DNA from: an uncultured cyanobacterium | GTDB lineage: Bacteria; Cyanobacteriota; Cyanobacteriia; Cyanobacteriales; CAWCAG01 | Length of the DNA stretch: 64,000 nt | Reading direction: 5' to 3' | Assembly: GCA_963803805.1 (NCBI GenBank) | Contig: CAWDOD010000011.1 | Coordinates: forward strand, 160,001-224,000 | In this document: one piece after another, positions 30,565 to 41,384 of the stretch | How the letters are laid out: each line of letters opens with the position of its first letter | Numbering within the stretch: the first letter of the stretch is position 1 | Made by a program: the position numbers and the translations under genes | The notes under the pieces: generated by a model | Told to the model about the DNA's origin: nothing | Seen by the model: only the letters and a program-made list of their open reading frames with translations | Database searches by the model: none

Positions 30565-32014
30565 ATGTCCAACCCTGACAATAATACTAATAGATTCAAC
30601 CAACTACAGCCATTGGATCGAGTAGCTTTGGGTACTATTTTCGTCATTTTAGTACTAATTAGTATTTTACTTCTGGTTGGCGATCGCACTTCTGTTCAAG
30701 TCGAAGATTTTAGCTGGCAAGATAAGCAAGTAGGAGTTGGGGATCGCTCTTTTTCCTTGACTTTTAACCACCCGGTGAAACCCGAAAGTGTCAAAGGAAA
30801 GGATTTGTCTATCAAACCTGATTTGGCAGGAAAAATTAGTTGGGTGGGTAGGCGAATGTTTTACACCCTCACCGAGATTCCTAGCTATGAAACTAAATAT
30901 ACTGTTGCTTTGCAAGATACTCAGGAGGGTTGGCAACCTTTTAAAAGTGACTTTACAACCCGCGATCGCTATTTAGCTTATATAGGAGTTAAAGGGGAAG
31001 AAAAAGGGCGATTAATTCTTTATAATTTAACAGCCAAAAGTAAAGTTTTACTTACACCTCCAACCTTAGTAGTGACTGACTTTGTACCTTATCAAGAAGG
31101 GGACATAATACTATTTTCTGCTTGGAGGCTTGGTAGTAAAACCCAAACATTTTCTCAACAAAAACTTTATACAGTTACCACCGGGTTGAATTTTGCTTCT
31201 GCTGCCCAATCCAAACCTTCAGGGCAACTGAAACTAATTTTAGATGCTCAAGACTATCAAAATCTGCAATTTTCCTTCTCCCCAGCAACTCAAAAAGTTA
31301 TTGTCCAGAGAGTTAGTCGCACCAAACCAGAGGAATTTGGTTTGTGGTCAATATCCGGAAAAGCAGTAAAATCTTTAGGAATCAAAGGAGGCGAATTTCA
31401 GATTGCTCCCCAAGGAGACACTTTAGCTATTGCCCAAACTAAAGGTATCAAAACGATCCCCCTTACTCAGGAAGCCCCTTCAGAAAAGATTTTTGCTGAT
31501 TATGGGCGCATACTTGACTTTTCTCGTCAGGGTAGCAAGGTGATGATAAAATTCAATTCTGATGCTACTGAGTCCTTATTTTTAGTTAATCAAACAGGGC
31601 AAGAAAAAGAACTACTCAAAACTCAAGCCGCCATTTTCAACTGTCAGTTTGAACCACATCAAGAAGAAGCCCTTTATTGTTTAATTACTCAAACTACAGA
31701 AGAAACGGCTTTAGAAAAACCTATTTTGACACTTATTGATTCTCAAAACCCTCAAAGCAACTCCTCTAATTGCTTTACCCAATCAACAAGCAGTTCAAAT
31801 GAGTATAGCTCCTGATGGTAGTAATTTAGTTTTTGAGCAATTATTAGCTCCTATTCCTGGCTCTTCTTCTCAATTGCAAGGAAATGATGGACAGCAAATC
31901 TCATCAGGAAATATTTGGTTACTAAATCTACCAAATATTCCTTCTACAGATAATTTAACCGAAGCAAGACCTCAACAATTAGTACCTGGTTTTAAACCAA
32001 CTTGGCTACCTTAG
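30565..32014 (+). CDS. Membrane-anchored Ig-like / TolB-like beta-propeller protein, split by a +1 frameshift near 31740
   Basis: N-terminal TM, LTFNHPV Ig-like motif, FSFSP/IAPQG/IAPDG propeller motifs; ORFs 30553-31815 and 31736-32014 join as ...LTLIDLKTLKATPL...PTWLP. Confidence 0.75.
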
Positions 32015-32697
32015 TTAACTACAAAACTAGGGAACACTAGAGCAAGTAGTTAAGACAACAAACTTAGTAGAAATTGTGAGGGATTTTGAATTTTTTCATT
32101 TACTTTTTTTAATTAGTTAATATACAATTAAGCTAATTGTGTATATAGCTATTTTCCTATAGTCGTATGTAGTAGCGTTCTATGCAGATTCAGTACTTTA
32201 GTAAATTGCAACTTAAACTTTATCTTCTGCTGCCTATTCAATTTTGGCATGGAGAGATAAAAGCGACGCATCTACAATTCAAGTTTTTCCTAGCAAACTC
32301 ATTTCTTAATTGTTAATGAGTTTATCAATTATCATTTCATTATTAAAATAGCCATCATTTTGGGGTATATCCCCATAAGTTTAAGCAGCTTAGCTATCAA
32401 GCACTTAGATAGTCTATTGTGTCTGAGGACTAGGGAGTGAGGTTTACGTAGCGTAATCATAGGCTATAGGTAGCAAAAGTTTAAAATCCTTCTTTCAGGG
32501 AAGATTAAGATAAAAATTCCCTGAAGCTTCCCAATTTAAAAGTAAATAAAGAAAAGACTGGCACTGTCGTTTGTCACTCAAAGTAACCAAAGAAATATTT
32601 TTTTCTCTTTAGTCATCAGGTGAGCAATAAAAGGCAACTAGTAGCTATAAAAAACAACTAAATACTAAGCAGTTTCAAAAGGAAGGAAAATGGGGAA

Positions 32698-33375
32698 ATG
32701 ATTGTTGGTAAAGATGCAGACAATAACGAATCATTCGTAGCACCAATTGAAGAAATATCAGAAATCAGAACATCTCAATTAAAGTTCACTAACCGGGAAT
32801 TTTATCAAAGATTACCTCAGAAACCATTATTACTTCTGGGGGTAGGTTATTTCAGTTTAGGTCTATTACTAGGAGCTTACCAAGCACCTTGGTTAATTTG
32901 GTTATTAACTGGGTTTAGCTCTTTACTAGGAATATTCAACAGCTATTTAACTTTTTTTGTCCCTATAATTGCTACTTTTTGTGTTCTTAGCTCTACTTCT
33001 ATGTCCATTGTTACTGTAGTAGTGGCGACAGTAATGGTCTTAGTCTTTCTTGGTTTGCTCTTTTCCCTTGACTTTGATATTACCAAAGCCTTAGAAGGAG
33101 GAGTTTGGATTGGGGGCTTAATTTCGGGAGTTTTATTGCTAACTGACTTGTTTTTTAATGGCATTGCTGCTTTTAGTGACAACCAGGAAATTTTTGCAGG
33201 TGCTGTTCCTCTGGGGATCGCTTTTTTAGTCGGCATTATCACCATTACCTTTGGTGCTGGTGCTTGGGTTCCTATGAGTTCTAAAGGTTTTGCTAAAAAG
33301 CAAACTTTACAAACTTTCGCTTTAGTCACCGGAATAAGCTTATTTCTCGGTTGGGGGTTAGAAATGCTTCTTTAG
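32698..33375 (+). CDS. Multi-pass membrane hypothetical protein
   Basis: About six hydrophobic segments. Confidence 0.7.
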   Translation: MIVGKDADNNESFVAPIEEISEIRTSQLKFTNREFYQRLPQKPLLLLGVGYFSLGLLLGAYQAPWLIWLLTGFSSLLGIFNSYLTFFVPIIATFCVLSSTSMSIVTVVVATVMVLVFLGLLFSLDFDITKALEGGVWIGGLISGVLLLTDLFFNGIAAFSDNQEIFAGAVPLGIAFLVGIITITFGAGAWVPMSSKGFAKKQTLQTFALVTGISLFLGWGLEMLL

Positions 33376-33534
33376 AGGGAAATTGGCGACCATAAGAACC
33401 AAAACTTGCCACGATGTTAAGGATTAATGCACAATTGCTGTCAAAGCAGCACAATAAGCTAAAATTCAGTCTCAAATGCTGGCTAATTTCTTAACTTAGT
33501 GTTTAAAATTTTGGTTTTATGAGGAGTCGCAACT

Positions 33535-34152
33535 ATGAAAAAAATTAAAGCTTCAGTCTTTCTCGCTGGCGCGTTAAGCTTAGGGCTAGCTTGGGAAGCT
33601 ACAGCTAGTGAAGTGAGCTTACAACCAACTAACACCCTGAACCCAGGATCAACCTCTACCTTGATAGCTCAAGGGTTTGAGGGGCAATGTCGCTTAACCA
33701 ATAGAACCACAGACATTTTTTCTCAGCCTTCAGTTGGCAATGCCTCTCAACGGGTAAGAATCTTAACCCCTGATAGTAGAGTAACGTTGGGTAGTGTAGT
33801 TAGCAATGGCTGGATCTCAGTTACTGCTCCGGTAGAAGGTTATATTATTGCTCGTTATTTAAAACCCTGCCCAGGGAATACTACAACTAATCCTCAGCCG
33901 ACAACTCCAGCCCCCACCGCTAGCGGTTCAGGTTGTCGTACTACTAACGTAGGCTTAATTATTCGTCCTCGTCCTATAGCTGGTTCTTTACCTTTAGTAG
34001 GTTCTGTAGCCGCAGGAAGCAATATTACTACTACTGGTGAAACTCAACAAGATAGTGTTGGTAGGACTTGGTATCGTATTTCCGCACCCCAAGCTGGCTG
34101 GGTTTCTGGCGGTGTAGGCAATAACAGTAACTTGACTAATTGTTCTAATTAG
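33535..34152 (+). CDS. Secreted protein with two SH3b-like domains
   Basis: Signal peptide; two repeats ending WISVTAPVEGYI / WYRISAPQAGWV, each bracketed by Cys; GAGGAG RBS. Confidence 0.75.
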   Translation: MKKIKASVFLAGALSLGLAWEATASEVSLQPTNTLNPGSTSTLIAQGFEGQCRLTNRTTDIFSQPSVGNASQRVRILTPDSRVTLGSVVSNGWISVTAPVEGYIIARYLKPCPGNTTTNPQPTTPAPTASGSGCRTTNVGLIIRPRPIAGSLPLVGSVAAGSNITTTGETQQDSVGRTWYRISAPQAGWVSGGVGNNSNLTNCSN

Positions 34153-34222
34153 GGAATAGGGAAAGGGAATAAGGAACAGTATTATTAACTCATTACTTGT
34201 TACTTCTCCCTACTCCTCGTCC

Positions 34223-35557
34223 CTAATAAACATCATTGGTGGGATCAACAGCAGGATGTTCCAAGGGCATAACCAGAATTTTATCAACTCGATTACCATC
34301 CATGTCCATCACCTCTAAACGCAAATTTTCCCACTCAAAATGATCTGCGGCGGTAGGAATTCTGCCCAGGTGGGTGATCACAAATCCACCCAAAGTATGA
34401 TAATTACCTCTTTCTTCTCCTGGTAAGATTTTCAACTTAAATAAATCTCGAAAATCCTCAATGGGTAAAATGCCATCAACTAACCAAGAACCATCTTCCC
34501 TACGGGTAGCTTGAGGATTATCCTGTTCATCAACAGAAGGAATATCGCCAACAATGGCTTCCATGATGTCGTTAAGGGTTACTAAACCTTGGATCACTCC
34601 ATATTCATCAACCACCAAGGTAATATGGGTTCCTGTTTGCTTAAATAACTCCAAGACCTTTAATCCCCGCGTTGTTTCCGGGACAAAGAGGGGGGGGCGT
34701 AGGGAAGAAGTCAGATCAAAAGGTTGCCCAGCTAAACAGTTGGCAAGCAGGTTAGTTACTTGAACAACACCCAAAACATTATCTAGGCTGCCTTGACAAA
34801 CGGCAAAGCGGGTATGAATGCTATTAATAATTTTATGGCGATTAGTTTCAGAAGAGTCTTCTAGATCTAGCCAAACAATTTCCGGTCTAGGGGTCATCAA
34901 GGTATTAATTTCTCGATCTCCCAATTGCAAGACTCCTTCCACCATATCTTGTTCTGCTTCTTCAAACATACCCGCTTCAGTACCCTGTTTGAGCATTACT
35001 TTGATTTCTTCTTCAGTAATTAAAGGTTCTGAGTAAACTGTAGCTGTACCAAGAAGTTGCAGTACTAAATCTGTAGATAAACCTAATAAATGGACTATGG
35101 GAGCAGATAATTTCGCTAGATTACTTAATGGTAACGCTACACGCCTGGCAATACGTTCTGGTTCATTGAGGGCAAGACGTTTAGGAACTAATTCCCCAAT
35201 CACTAAAGAAAGATAGGTAATACACAAAACTACTATAACTAGAGCGATCGCTTCACTCTGTGGCTTCAGAAGCGGAAAACCTGCCAAAAAATCAGCTAGG
35301 CTTTCGGCGAGGGTAGCACCGCCCAAGGCTCCTGCAAAGATACCTATTAAGGTAATGCCAATCTGAACAGTAGAAAGGATTTGATTAGGATTGTTAGCCA
35401 GTTTTAAGGCTGCTTTAGCCTTGTAGTCTCCTTGGGAACTAAGTTGTTCTAAACGAATTTTACGGGAGGAGACAATAGCAATCTCTGACATAGCAAAAAT
35501 GCCGTTGGCTAAGATCAACAAAAGCAGTAAAAGAATATCGCTAGTGACGGAGAACAT
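34223..35557 (-). CDS. Hemolysin-family CNNM/CBS/CorC transporter-associated protein
   Basis: NGIFAMSEIA, STVQIGIT, GELVPK, MTPR, VVDEYG, TLGGF. Confidence 0.93.
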   Translation of the reverse strand: MFSVTSDILLLLLLILANGIFAMSEIAIVSSRKIRLEQLSSQGDYKAKAALKLANNPNQILSTVQIGITLIGIFAGALGGATLAESLADFLAGFPLLKPQSEAIALVIVVLCITYLSLVIGELVPKRLALNEPERIARRVALPLSNLAKLSAPIVHLLGLSTDLVLQLLGTATVYSEPLITEEEIKVMLKQGTEAGMFEEAEQDMVEGVLQLGDREINTLMTPRPEIVWLDLEDSSETNRHKIINSIHTRFAVCQGSLDNVLGVVQVTNLLANCLAGQPFDLTSSLRPPLFVPETTRGLKVLELFKQTGTHITLVVDEYGVIQGLVTLNDIMEAIVGDIPSVDEQDNPQATRREDGSWLVDGILPIEDFRDLFKLKILPGEERGNYHTLGGFVITHLGRIPTAADHFEWENLRLEVMDMDGNRVDKILVMPLEHPAVDPTNDVY

Positions 35558-35767
35558 CAATTTATTGACTCACAGAAGGTAACTATACTTACCTCCAGAT
35601 AAATGTGCTAGCTCTAGTATCTTTTATTCATCCCCCATTGTGAGCATCATCACGATTTTATATGGATTATTCTTAGGGATAAACTTCTCTAAATCCGTTA
35701 CAAAAGTTAAGATATATAGTAACTTAGAGCAGAGTGTCCCTTGGGGTTTGTTGCTGGAGATTAGAGA

Positions 35768-37474
35768 ATGCTGCGATTAGAACATATTAGTAAAATTTAT
35801 CCTACAGGTGAGGTTCTCAAGGATGTTACTTGGGAAGTGAAGCCAGGAGAAAGAGTTGGTTTAGTAGGAGTTAATGGCGCAGGAAAGTCTACTCAGCTCA
35901 AAATTATTACTGGAGAAACTGAACCTACTTCTGGGGAAGTGGTACGTCCGGGGAGTTTGCATATTGCTTATCTTACCCAAGAATTTGAGGTAGAACCTAC
36001 TCGTACTGTCAGAGAGGAGTTTTGGACGGTATTTACAGAGGCAAATCAGGTACAGCAAGCTATTGGGCAAGTAACTTTGGAAATGGAGACAGCCTCACCA
36101 GAGAAGTTAGAGAAATTAATTAATAAGTTAGATAAGTTACAGCGCCAGTTTGAAGCTTTAGATGGTTATGGTTTGGAGGCGCAGATTGAGAAGATTTTGC
36201 CAGAAATGGGTTTTAAGAGCGAAGATGGCGATCGCTTAGTTTCTTCTTTTAGCGGCGGTTGGCAAATGCGTATGAGTTTGGGGAAAATTTTACTCCAAAA
36301 CCCTGATGTTTTACTTTTGGACGAACCAACCAACCATTTAGATTTGGCAACTATTGAATGGTTGGAGACTTATCTTAAGTCTCTTAAAACTCCTATGGTT
36401 ATTGTTTCCCATGACCGGGAATTTTTAGATTGCCTCTGTACAAAAATTGTGGAAACAGAAAGGGGTGTAGCGACAACTTATCCAGGTAATTATTCAGCTT
36501 ATTTACAACAAAAAGAAGAAGCAAAATTAGCCCAACTAAGTACCTATGAACGGCAACAAAAAGAGCTTGAAAAGCAACAGGTATTTATTGAAAAGTTCCG
36601 GGCTAGTGCTACTCGTAGTACCCAAGCGAAAAGTCGAGAAAAGCAATTAGATAAAATTGAACGGGTAGAAGCACCAACTGCTGATTTAAGAGGCTTACGC
36701 TTTAAGTTTCCCCCTTCTTCCCGTAGCGGTAGAGAAGTGGTGGCAATTAAAGATTTAACCCATACCTATAATGAGAATATTCTTTTTGTTGGTACAGAAT
36801 TAGAAATTGAAAGGGGCGATCGCGTGGCTTTTTTAGGGCCTAATGGGGCGGGAAAGTCGACTATTTTAAGAATGATCATGGGCTTGGAAACCCCGGAAGA
36901 TGGTCAAGTCAACTTAGGAAAACATAATGTTATTCCCGGTTATTTTGAACAGAATCAAGCTGAAGCTTTAGATTTAAACCGAACAGTTATGGAAACCATT
37001 CACCATGAGGTTCCTGACTGGAAAAACGAAGAAGTTCGCCGTTTGTTAGGACAGTTTTTGTTTAGTGGTGAGACTGTATTTAAGAAGGTAGATGCTTTAA
37101 GTGGGGGAGAAAAAGCCCGTCTAGCTTTGGCAAAAATGCTCCTGCAACCAGCCAATCTTTTAATTTTAGATGAGCCTACTAACCATCTTGATATTCCCGC
37201 TAAGGAAATGCTCGAAGAAGCAATTCAAAACTACGACGGTACTGTTATTGTTGTTTCCCACGACCGTTATTTTATCTCCCAAATAGCTAACAAAATCGTC
37301 GAAATTCGTGATGGTGAGTTTCGCACTTACTTGGGAGATTATCACTACTATTTAGATAAAATTGCTGAAGAAAAAGAGGCAGTTAGGTTAGCTAAAATTG
37401 CAGCAGAAAAAGAAGCAAAGAAAAAAGCCAAAGCTGCCAAGAAGAAGACCAAAACAGCTTCTAAAAGTCGATAA
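35768..37474 (+). CDS. ABC-F family ATP-binding protein
   Basis: Two ABC domains (GVNGAGKST/SGGW/LDEPTNHLD; GPNGAGKST/LSGGEK), no TM. Confidence 0.95.
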   Translation: MLRLEHISKIYPTGEVLKDVTWEVKPGERVGLVGVNGAGKSTQLKIITGETEPTSGEVVRPGSLHIAYLTQEFEVEPTRTVREEFWTVFTEANQVQQAIGQVTLEMETASPEKLEKLINKLDKLQRQFEALDGYGLEAQIEKILPEMGFKSEDGDRLVSSFSGGWQMRMSLGKILLQNPDVLLLDEPTNHLDLATIEWLETYLKSLKTPMVIVSHDREFLDCLCTKIVETERGVATTYPGNYSAYLQQKEEAKLAQLSTYERQQKELEKQQVFIEKFRASATRSTQAKSREKQLDKIERVEAPTADLRGLRFKFPPSSRSGREVVAIKDLTHTYNENILFVGTELEIERGDRVAFLGPNGAGKSTILRMIMGLETPEDGQVNLGKHNVIPGYFEQNQAEALDLNRTVMETIHHEVPDWKNEEVRRLLGQFLFSGETVFKKVDALSGGEKARLALAKMLLQPANLLILDEPTNHLDIPAKEMLEEAIQNYDGTVIVVSHDRYFISQIANKIVEIRDGEFRTYLGDYHYYLDKIAEEKEAVRLAKIAAEKEAKKKAKAAKKKTKTASKSR

Positions 37475-37561
37475 GCTCTTTATTTAATCAAGCAGTTATT
37501 TTTTAAAATCAAGATATCGATATTTAAAAAATAGCTTTCTCTTATCCTATCTAATTGTAGA

Positions 37562-38573
37562 ACGTGAGTTCGACGGAGGAAAAAGAGAGAAAAGAAAAGC
37601 ATCAGAGGTATGCTGAAAATGAATCTTAATCAGAATCTGATGCTATGTCCAATATTGTATCTCGTCTCGATATCACCCAAATATTCTGTCAGGTAGATGA
37701 CTTTTATCAAAGGTTTGAGAGGCATTGGCAACAACAGCCAATGTTAACAGCAACTTGTGGAGAGCGTCTATGTCGCTCCCGCCTAAGCCTAAGCGAAGTG
37801 ATGACCATTGTCATTGCCTTTCATGGTTCGGGATTTCGCACTTTTAAAGAATTTTACACTCTACAAGTCTTGCCTTACTGGAAGAAAGCTTTTCCCAACT
37901 TGGTCAGTTACACTCGATTCGTAGAGCTAATGCCGTGGAGCTTAATGCTTCTTTGCTGTTTTCTACATACTCTTCGAGGAGAAATTACCGGCATCAGCTT
38001 TATTGATTCTACCCCCATTGAGGTCTGCCACCCGAATCGCTCCAAAAGCCACCGTGTTTTTGAAGGTTTGGTAGGTTGGGGCAAAAATGCTATGGGATGG
38101 CATTATGGCTTCAAGCTACATCTAATTATTAATGACAAAGGTGAGCTGCTTGCTTTCAAACTTACAGAGGGTAATACTGATGACCGTAACCCTGTGCCAG
38201 ATATGGCTGATGGCTTGATTGGTAAGTTATTTGGCGACCGAGGTTATATTTCTCAGGATTTGTTTGAGAAACTCTATGAACAAAGACTACAACTGATTAC
38301 ACACCGCAAGAAAAATATGAAGCCGAAGTTAATGCGTCTTCAGGATAAGATTCTCCTACGTAAGCGTTCTCTGATTGAGACTGTTAATGACCAGCTCAAG
38401 AATATCTGTCAGATTCAGCATTCAAGACACCGTAGCGTTTGGAATTTTTTGGTTAATCTCTTAGCTGGTCTAATCGCTTATACTTTCTTGCCCAAAAAGC
38501 CTTCCCTTGACCTTGACCCCAAAGGCCTAGCTGAACTTCCTTCTGCTGTTTTTTAACTTCATCGAACTCACGT
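37562..38573 (+). mobile_element. IS982-family insertion sequence (~1012 bp)
   Basis: IRs ACGTGAGTTCGACGGAG / CTTCATCGAACTCACGT; flanking direct repeat TGTAGA at 37556-37561 and 38574-38579. Confidence 0.92.
37645..38556 (+). CDS. IS982-family DDE transposase
   Basis: SEVMTI, SYTRF, FIDSTPI, GWHYGFKLH, GDRGYIS, KRSLIETVNDQLK. Confidence 0.93.
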   Translation: MSNIVSRLDITQIFCQVDDFYQRFERHWQQQPMLTATCGERLCRSRLSLSEVMTIVIAFHGSGFRTFKEFYTLQVLPYWKKAFPNLVSYTRFVELMPWSLMLLCCFLHTLRGEITGISFIDSTPIEVCHPNRSKSHRVFEGLVGWGKNAMGWHYGFKLHLIINDKGELLAFKLTEGNTDDRNPVPDMADGLIGKLFGDRGYISQDLFEKLYEQRLQLITHRKKNMKPKLMRLQDKILLRKRSLIETVNDQLKNICQIQHSRHRSVWNFLVNLLAGLIAYTFLPKKPSLDLDPKGLAELPSAVF

Positions 38574-38741
38574 TGTAGAGTTTCCATTTCTGTTAACTCT
38601 GGTAAACCTGTTGGCCATTCCTCAAAAAAATTAGGATCGCGGATACGTTGAGAATGCTTTGTTTGAGAGGATTGTTGAGGATACAAACTAATGCAGCTCT
38701 ATTTACTTGATAATATTTAAGATGCGATTGCTAAAAAAATC

Positions 38742-40088
38742 ATGAGTCAAGCTTCCCTCAACCCCGCTAAAATCACCAATGTTTTACCCAATTCCATCGC
38801 CGCAGAAGTTGGTTTTGAAGTTGGGGATGCTTTAGTGGCGATAAATGGCACTCGCCCTCGCGACTTAATTGACTATCAGTTTTTATGTGCTGATGAAGTA
38901 TTAGAATTAGAAGTTATTGATAGTCTTGGGGAGATTCATCAAGTTGAAATTGAAAAAGACTATGACGACGACTTAGGCTTAGAATTTGAAACCGCTCTTT
39001 TTGATGGTTTAATTCAGTGTAACAATCGTTGTCCTTTTTGCTTTATTGATCAGCAACCACCAGGTAAGCGAGATAGCTTATATCTTAAAGATGATGATTA
39101 TCGCCTCAGCTTTCTTTATGGCAGCTATTTAACCTTAACTAATTTAAGCGAGAAAGAATGGCAACGCATTGAAGCTATGCGCCTTTCTCCCCTTTATGTT
39201 TCTGTTCACGCCACGGAACCAGAAATACGCATCAACCTACTCAAGAATCCCCGCGCAGGGCAAATTAAAGCCCAATTAGCTTGGTTCCAGGAACGACGTT
39301 TGCAAATCCATGCTCAAGTGGTTGTTTGTCCAGGAATTAATGATGGTGTTCATCTTGAAAGAACCTTACTAGATTTAGCCTCCTTCCATCAAGGAGAAAT
39401 CCCTACCGTTGCTTCTGCTGCTGTTGTACCTGTGGGTTTAACTCGTTTCCGCCCCAACTTAACGGAATTAACCCCGGTGAGCCGTGATAAGGCAGCAGAA
39501 GTGATTAAGCAAGTAAAGCTTTTGCAAAGTAAGTTCCGCCAACAGTTAGGGACAAACTTTGCTTGGTTAGCTGATGAATGGTTCTTAATTGCCCAGGAAG
39601 AACTTCCCCCCACTTCCCATTATGAATCCTATCCTCAAATTGGTAATGGTGTGGGTTCGATTCGTCAATTTCTCCAGGAATTTCAAACTACAGCCAACGA
39701 GATGTTACCGAGTAAATTAGCTAAACCAAGAAAGTTGACTTGGGTAGTGGGTAATGCTGTTGAAAAAGCGTTTCAACCTTTGGTTCAACAATTAAATGAG
39801 GTAGAAGGATTAACAGTTAATCTTGCTGCAATGAATAGCGAATATTGGGGACAGGAAATAACTGTAACTGGCTTACTGACTGGAGAAGACTTATTAAAGA
39901 ATCTCCAAGGTAAAGATTTAGGTGAAGGAATTTTGTTACCTTCAGTAATGTTGAAACATGGCGATACTTGCTTTCTTGATGATTTAACTGTAGAGGAATT
40001 AGAAGCAAAATTAGCTGTAAAAATACTACCCGTTACTGGCATTGCTGAATTAATTACCAAGGCAACACGTTTGATAATTGATAATTGA
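38742..40088 (+). CDS. PDZ/DUF512 putative Fe-S radical-SAM-like oxidoreductase (TIGR03279-type)
   Basis: N-terminal PDZ-like region, CNNRCPFCFIDQ, KDDDYRLSF, VPVGLTRFR, VTGLLTG. Confidence 0.9.
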   Translation: MSQASLNPAKITNVLPNSIAAEVGFEVGDALVAINGTRPRDLIDYQFLCADEVLELEVIDSLGEIHQVEIEKDYDDDLGLEFETALFDGLIQCNNRCPFCFIDQQPPGKRDSLYLKDDDYRLSFLYGSYLTLTNLSEKEWQRIEAMRLSPLYVSVHATEPEIRINLLKNPRAGQIKAQLAWFQERRLQIHAQVVVCPGINDGVHLERTLLDLASFHQGEIPTVASAAVVPVGLTRFRPNLTELTPVSRDKAAEVIKQVKLLQSKFRQQLGTNFAWLADEWFLIAQEELPPTSHYESYPQIGNGVGSIRQFLQEFQTTANEMLPSKLAKPRKLTWVVGNAVEKAFQPLVQQLNEVEGLTVNLAAMNSEYWGQEITVTGLLTGEDLLKNLQGKDLGEGILLPSVMLKHGDTCFLDDLTVEELEAKLAVKILPVTGIAELITKATRLIIDN

Positions 40089-40090
40089 TA

Positions 40091-40696
40091 TCACCAAATT
40101 TTCGTCATTGGTAAGCAGAAACCTGGTAATTCTGGCTCACCACTAACTTGAGGGGGATTTTCTAATACTTGAGGCTCTTGATTCGGGCGATAAATATAAA
40201 CAGTACGATTTTGACGATCTATTAACCAACCGAGCAATACACCATTGTCAATGTATTCCTGCATCTTAGCTTGCAAACGGCTTAAGGTATCACTCGAAGA
40301 ACGCAACTCAATGACAAAATCAGGACAAATGGGTGCAAAAGAGGCTTTTTCCGGCTCCGTGAGAGCATCCCACCTTTCGGCTTGAATCCAAGCAGCATCA
40401 GGGGAACGAGTTGCACCATTGGGCAAAGTAAATCCTGCACTTGAGTCAAAGCCTAGCCCTGTACCATCTTTTTCTGTCCAAATGCCTAGCTGTAGGGCAA
40501 GATTAAAGTTGCGGTTTCCAGTGTCGGAAAAAGCGGGTGGCATAATTATAACTTCTCCACTGGTAGTTCTTTCGATACGGAGGTTGGGGTTAGCCTGACA
40601 AAAATCATAGAACTGATCGCGAGTCATGGGGGCGATCGCTGGCAAAGAAACTGTTAAGGGTGTTGTTTGAGTTTGAATGAGTAAGGTTGTTGTCAT
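40091..40696 (-). CDS. Uma2-family (PD-(D/E)XK) putative endonuclease, copy 1
   Basis: IERT..GE.IIMPP, FDSSAGF, SPDAAW, PDFVIELRS, KMQEY, LGWLID. Confidence 0.92.
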   Translation of the reverse strand: MTTTLLIQTQTTPLTVSLPAIAPMTRDQFYDFCQANPNLRIERTTSGEVIIMPPAFSDTGNRNFNLALQLGIWTEKDGTGLGFDSSAGFTLPNGATRSPDAAWIQAERWDALTEPEKASFAPICPDFVIELRSSSDTLSRLQAKMQEYIDNGVLLGWLIDRQNRTVYIYRPNQEPQVLENPPQVSGEPELPGFCLPMTKIW

Positions 40697-40737
40697 ATTG
40701 TTATTTCCCCATGCCAAGAATTAATAATTGATCATTG

Positions 40738-40761
40738 TTCGGCTTGCCTTTGCAGTTAGGC
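40738..40761 (+). repeat. 24-bp small dispersed repeat at GATC, in the spacer between the Uma2 copies
   Basis: cattg|TTCGGCTTGCCTTTGCAGTTAGGC|atcattg; reverse complement matches 29613-29636 with 2 substitutions. Confidence 0.8.
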
Positions 40762-40778
40762 ATCATTGATAATTGATA

Positions 40779-41384
40779 TCACCAAATTTTCGCCATTGGT
40801 AAGCAGAAACCTGGTAATTCTGGCTCACCACTAACTTGAGGGGGATTTTCTAATACTTGAGGCTCTTGATTCGGGCGATAAATATAAACAGTACGATTTT
40901 GACGATCTATTAACCAACCGAGCAATACACCATTGTCAATGTATTCCTGCATCTTAGCTTGCAAACGACTTAAGGTATCACTCGAAGAACGCAACTCAAT
41001 GACAAAATCAGGACAAATGGGTGCAAAAGAGGCTTTTTCCTGCTCCGTGAGAGCATTCCACCTTTCGGTTTGAACCCAAGCAGCATCAGGGGAACGAGTT
41101 GCACCATTGGGCAAAGTAAATCCTGCACTTGAGTCAAAGCCTAGCCCTGTACCATCTTTTTCTGTCCAGATCCAGAGATGAGCAGCAAGATTGAAGTTGC
41201 GGTTTCCAGTGTCGGAAAAAGCGGGTGGCATAATTATAACTTCTCCACTGGTAGTTCTTTCGATACGGAGGTTGGGGTTAGCCTGACAAAAATCATAGAA
41301 CTGATCGCGAGTCATGGGGGCGATCGCTGGTAAAGAAACTGTTAACGGTGTTGTTTGAGTTTGAATGAGTAAGGTTGTTGTCAT
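40779..41384 (-). CDS. Uma2-family putative endonuclease, copy 2
   Basis: Near-identical to copy 1 (duplicated unit 40077-40721 / 40765-41409). Confidence 0.92.
   Translation of the reverse strand: MTTTLLIQTQTTPLTVSLPAIAPMTRDQFYDFCQANPNLRIERTTSGEVIIMPPAFSDTGNRNFNLAAHLWIWTEKDGTGLGFDSSAGFTLPNGATRSPDAAWVQTERWNALTEQEKASFAPICPDFVIELRSSSDTLSRLQAKMQEYIDNGVLLGWLIDRQNRTVYIYRPNQEPQVLENPPQVSGEPELPGFCLPMAKIW

Larger units (their letters stand above)
37526..38686 (-). pseudogene. Short gene remnant interrupted by IS982 (resembles the N-terminus of cyanobacterial HsdR-N/'restriction endonuclease subunit R' proteins)
   Basis: Removing the IS and one repeat gives ...QRIRDPNFFEEWPTGLPELTEMETLQLDRIRESYF*. 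Confidence 0.55.

Noticed and set aside
35697-35714. RpaB HLR1 site upstream of the ABC-F gene
   Set aside because: Second half-site deviates from consensus; could be chance in AT-rich DNA.
40481-41193. DGR-type mutagenesis as the cause of the Uma2 patch
   Set aside because: Differences involve all four bases in both copies and are not adenine-restricted.
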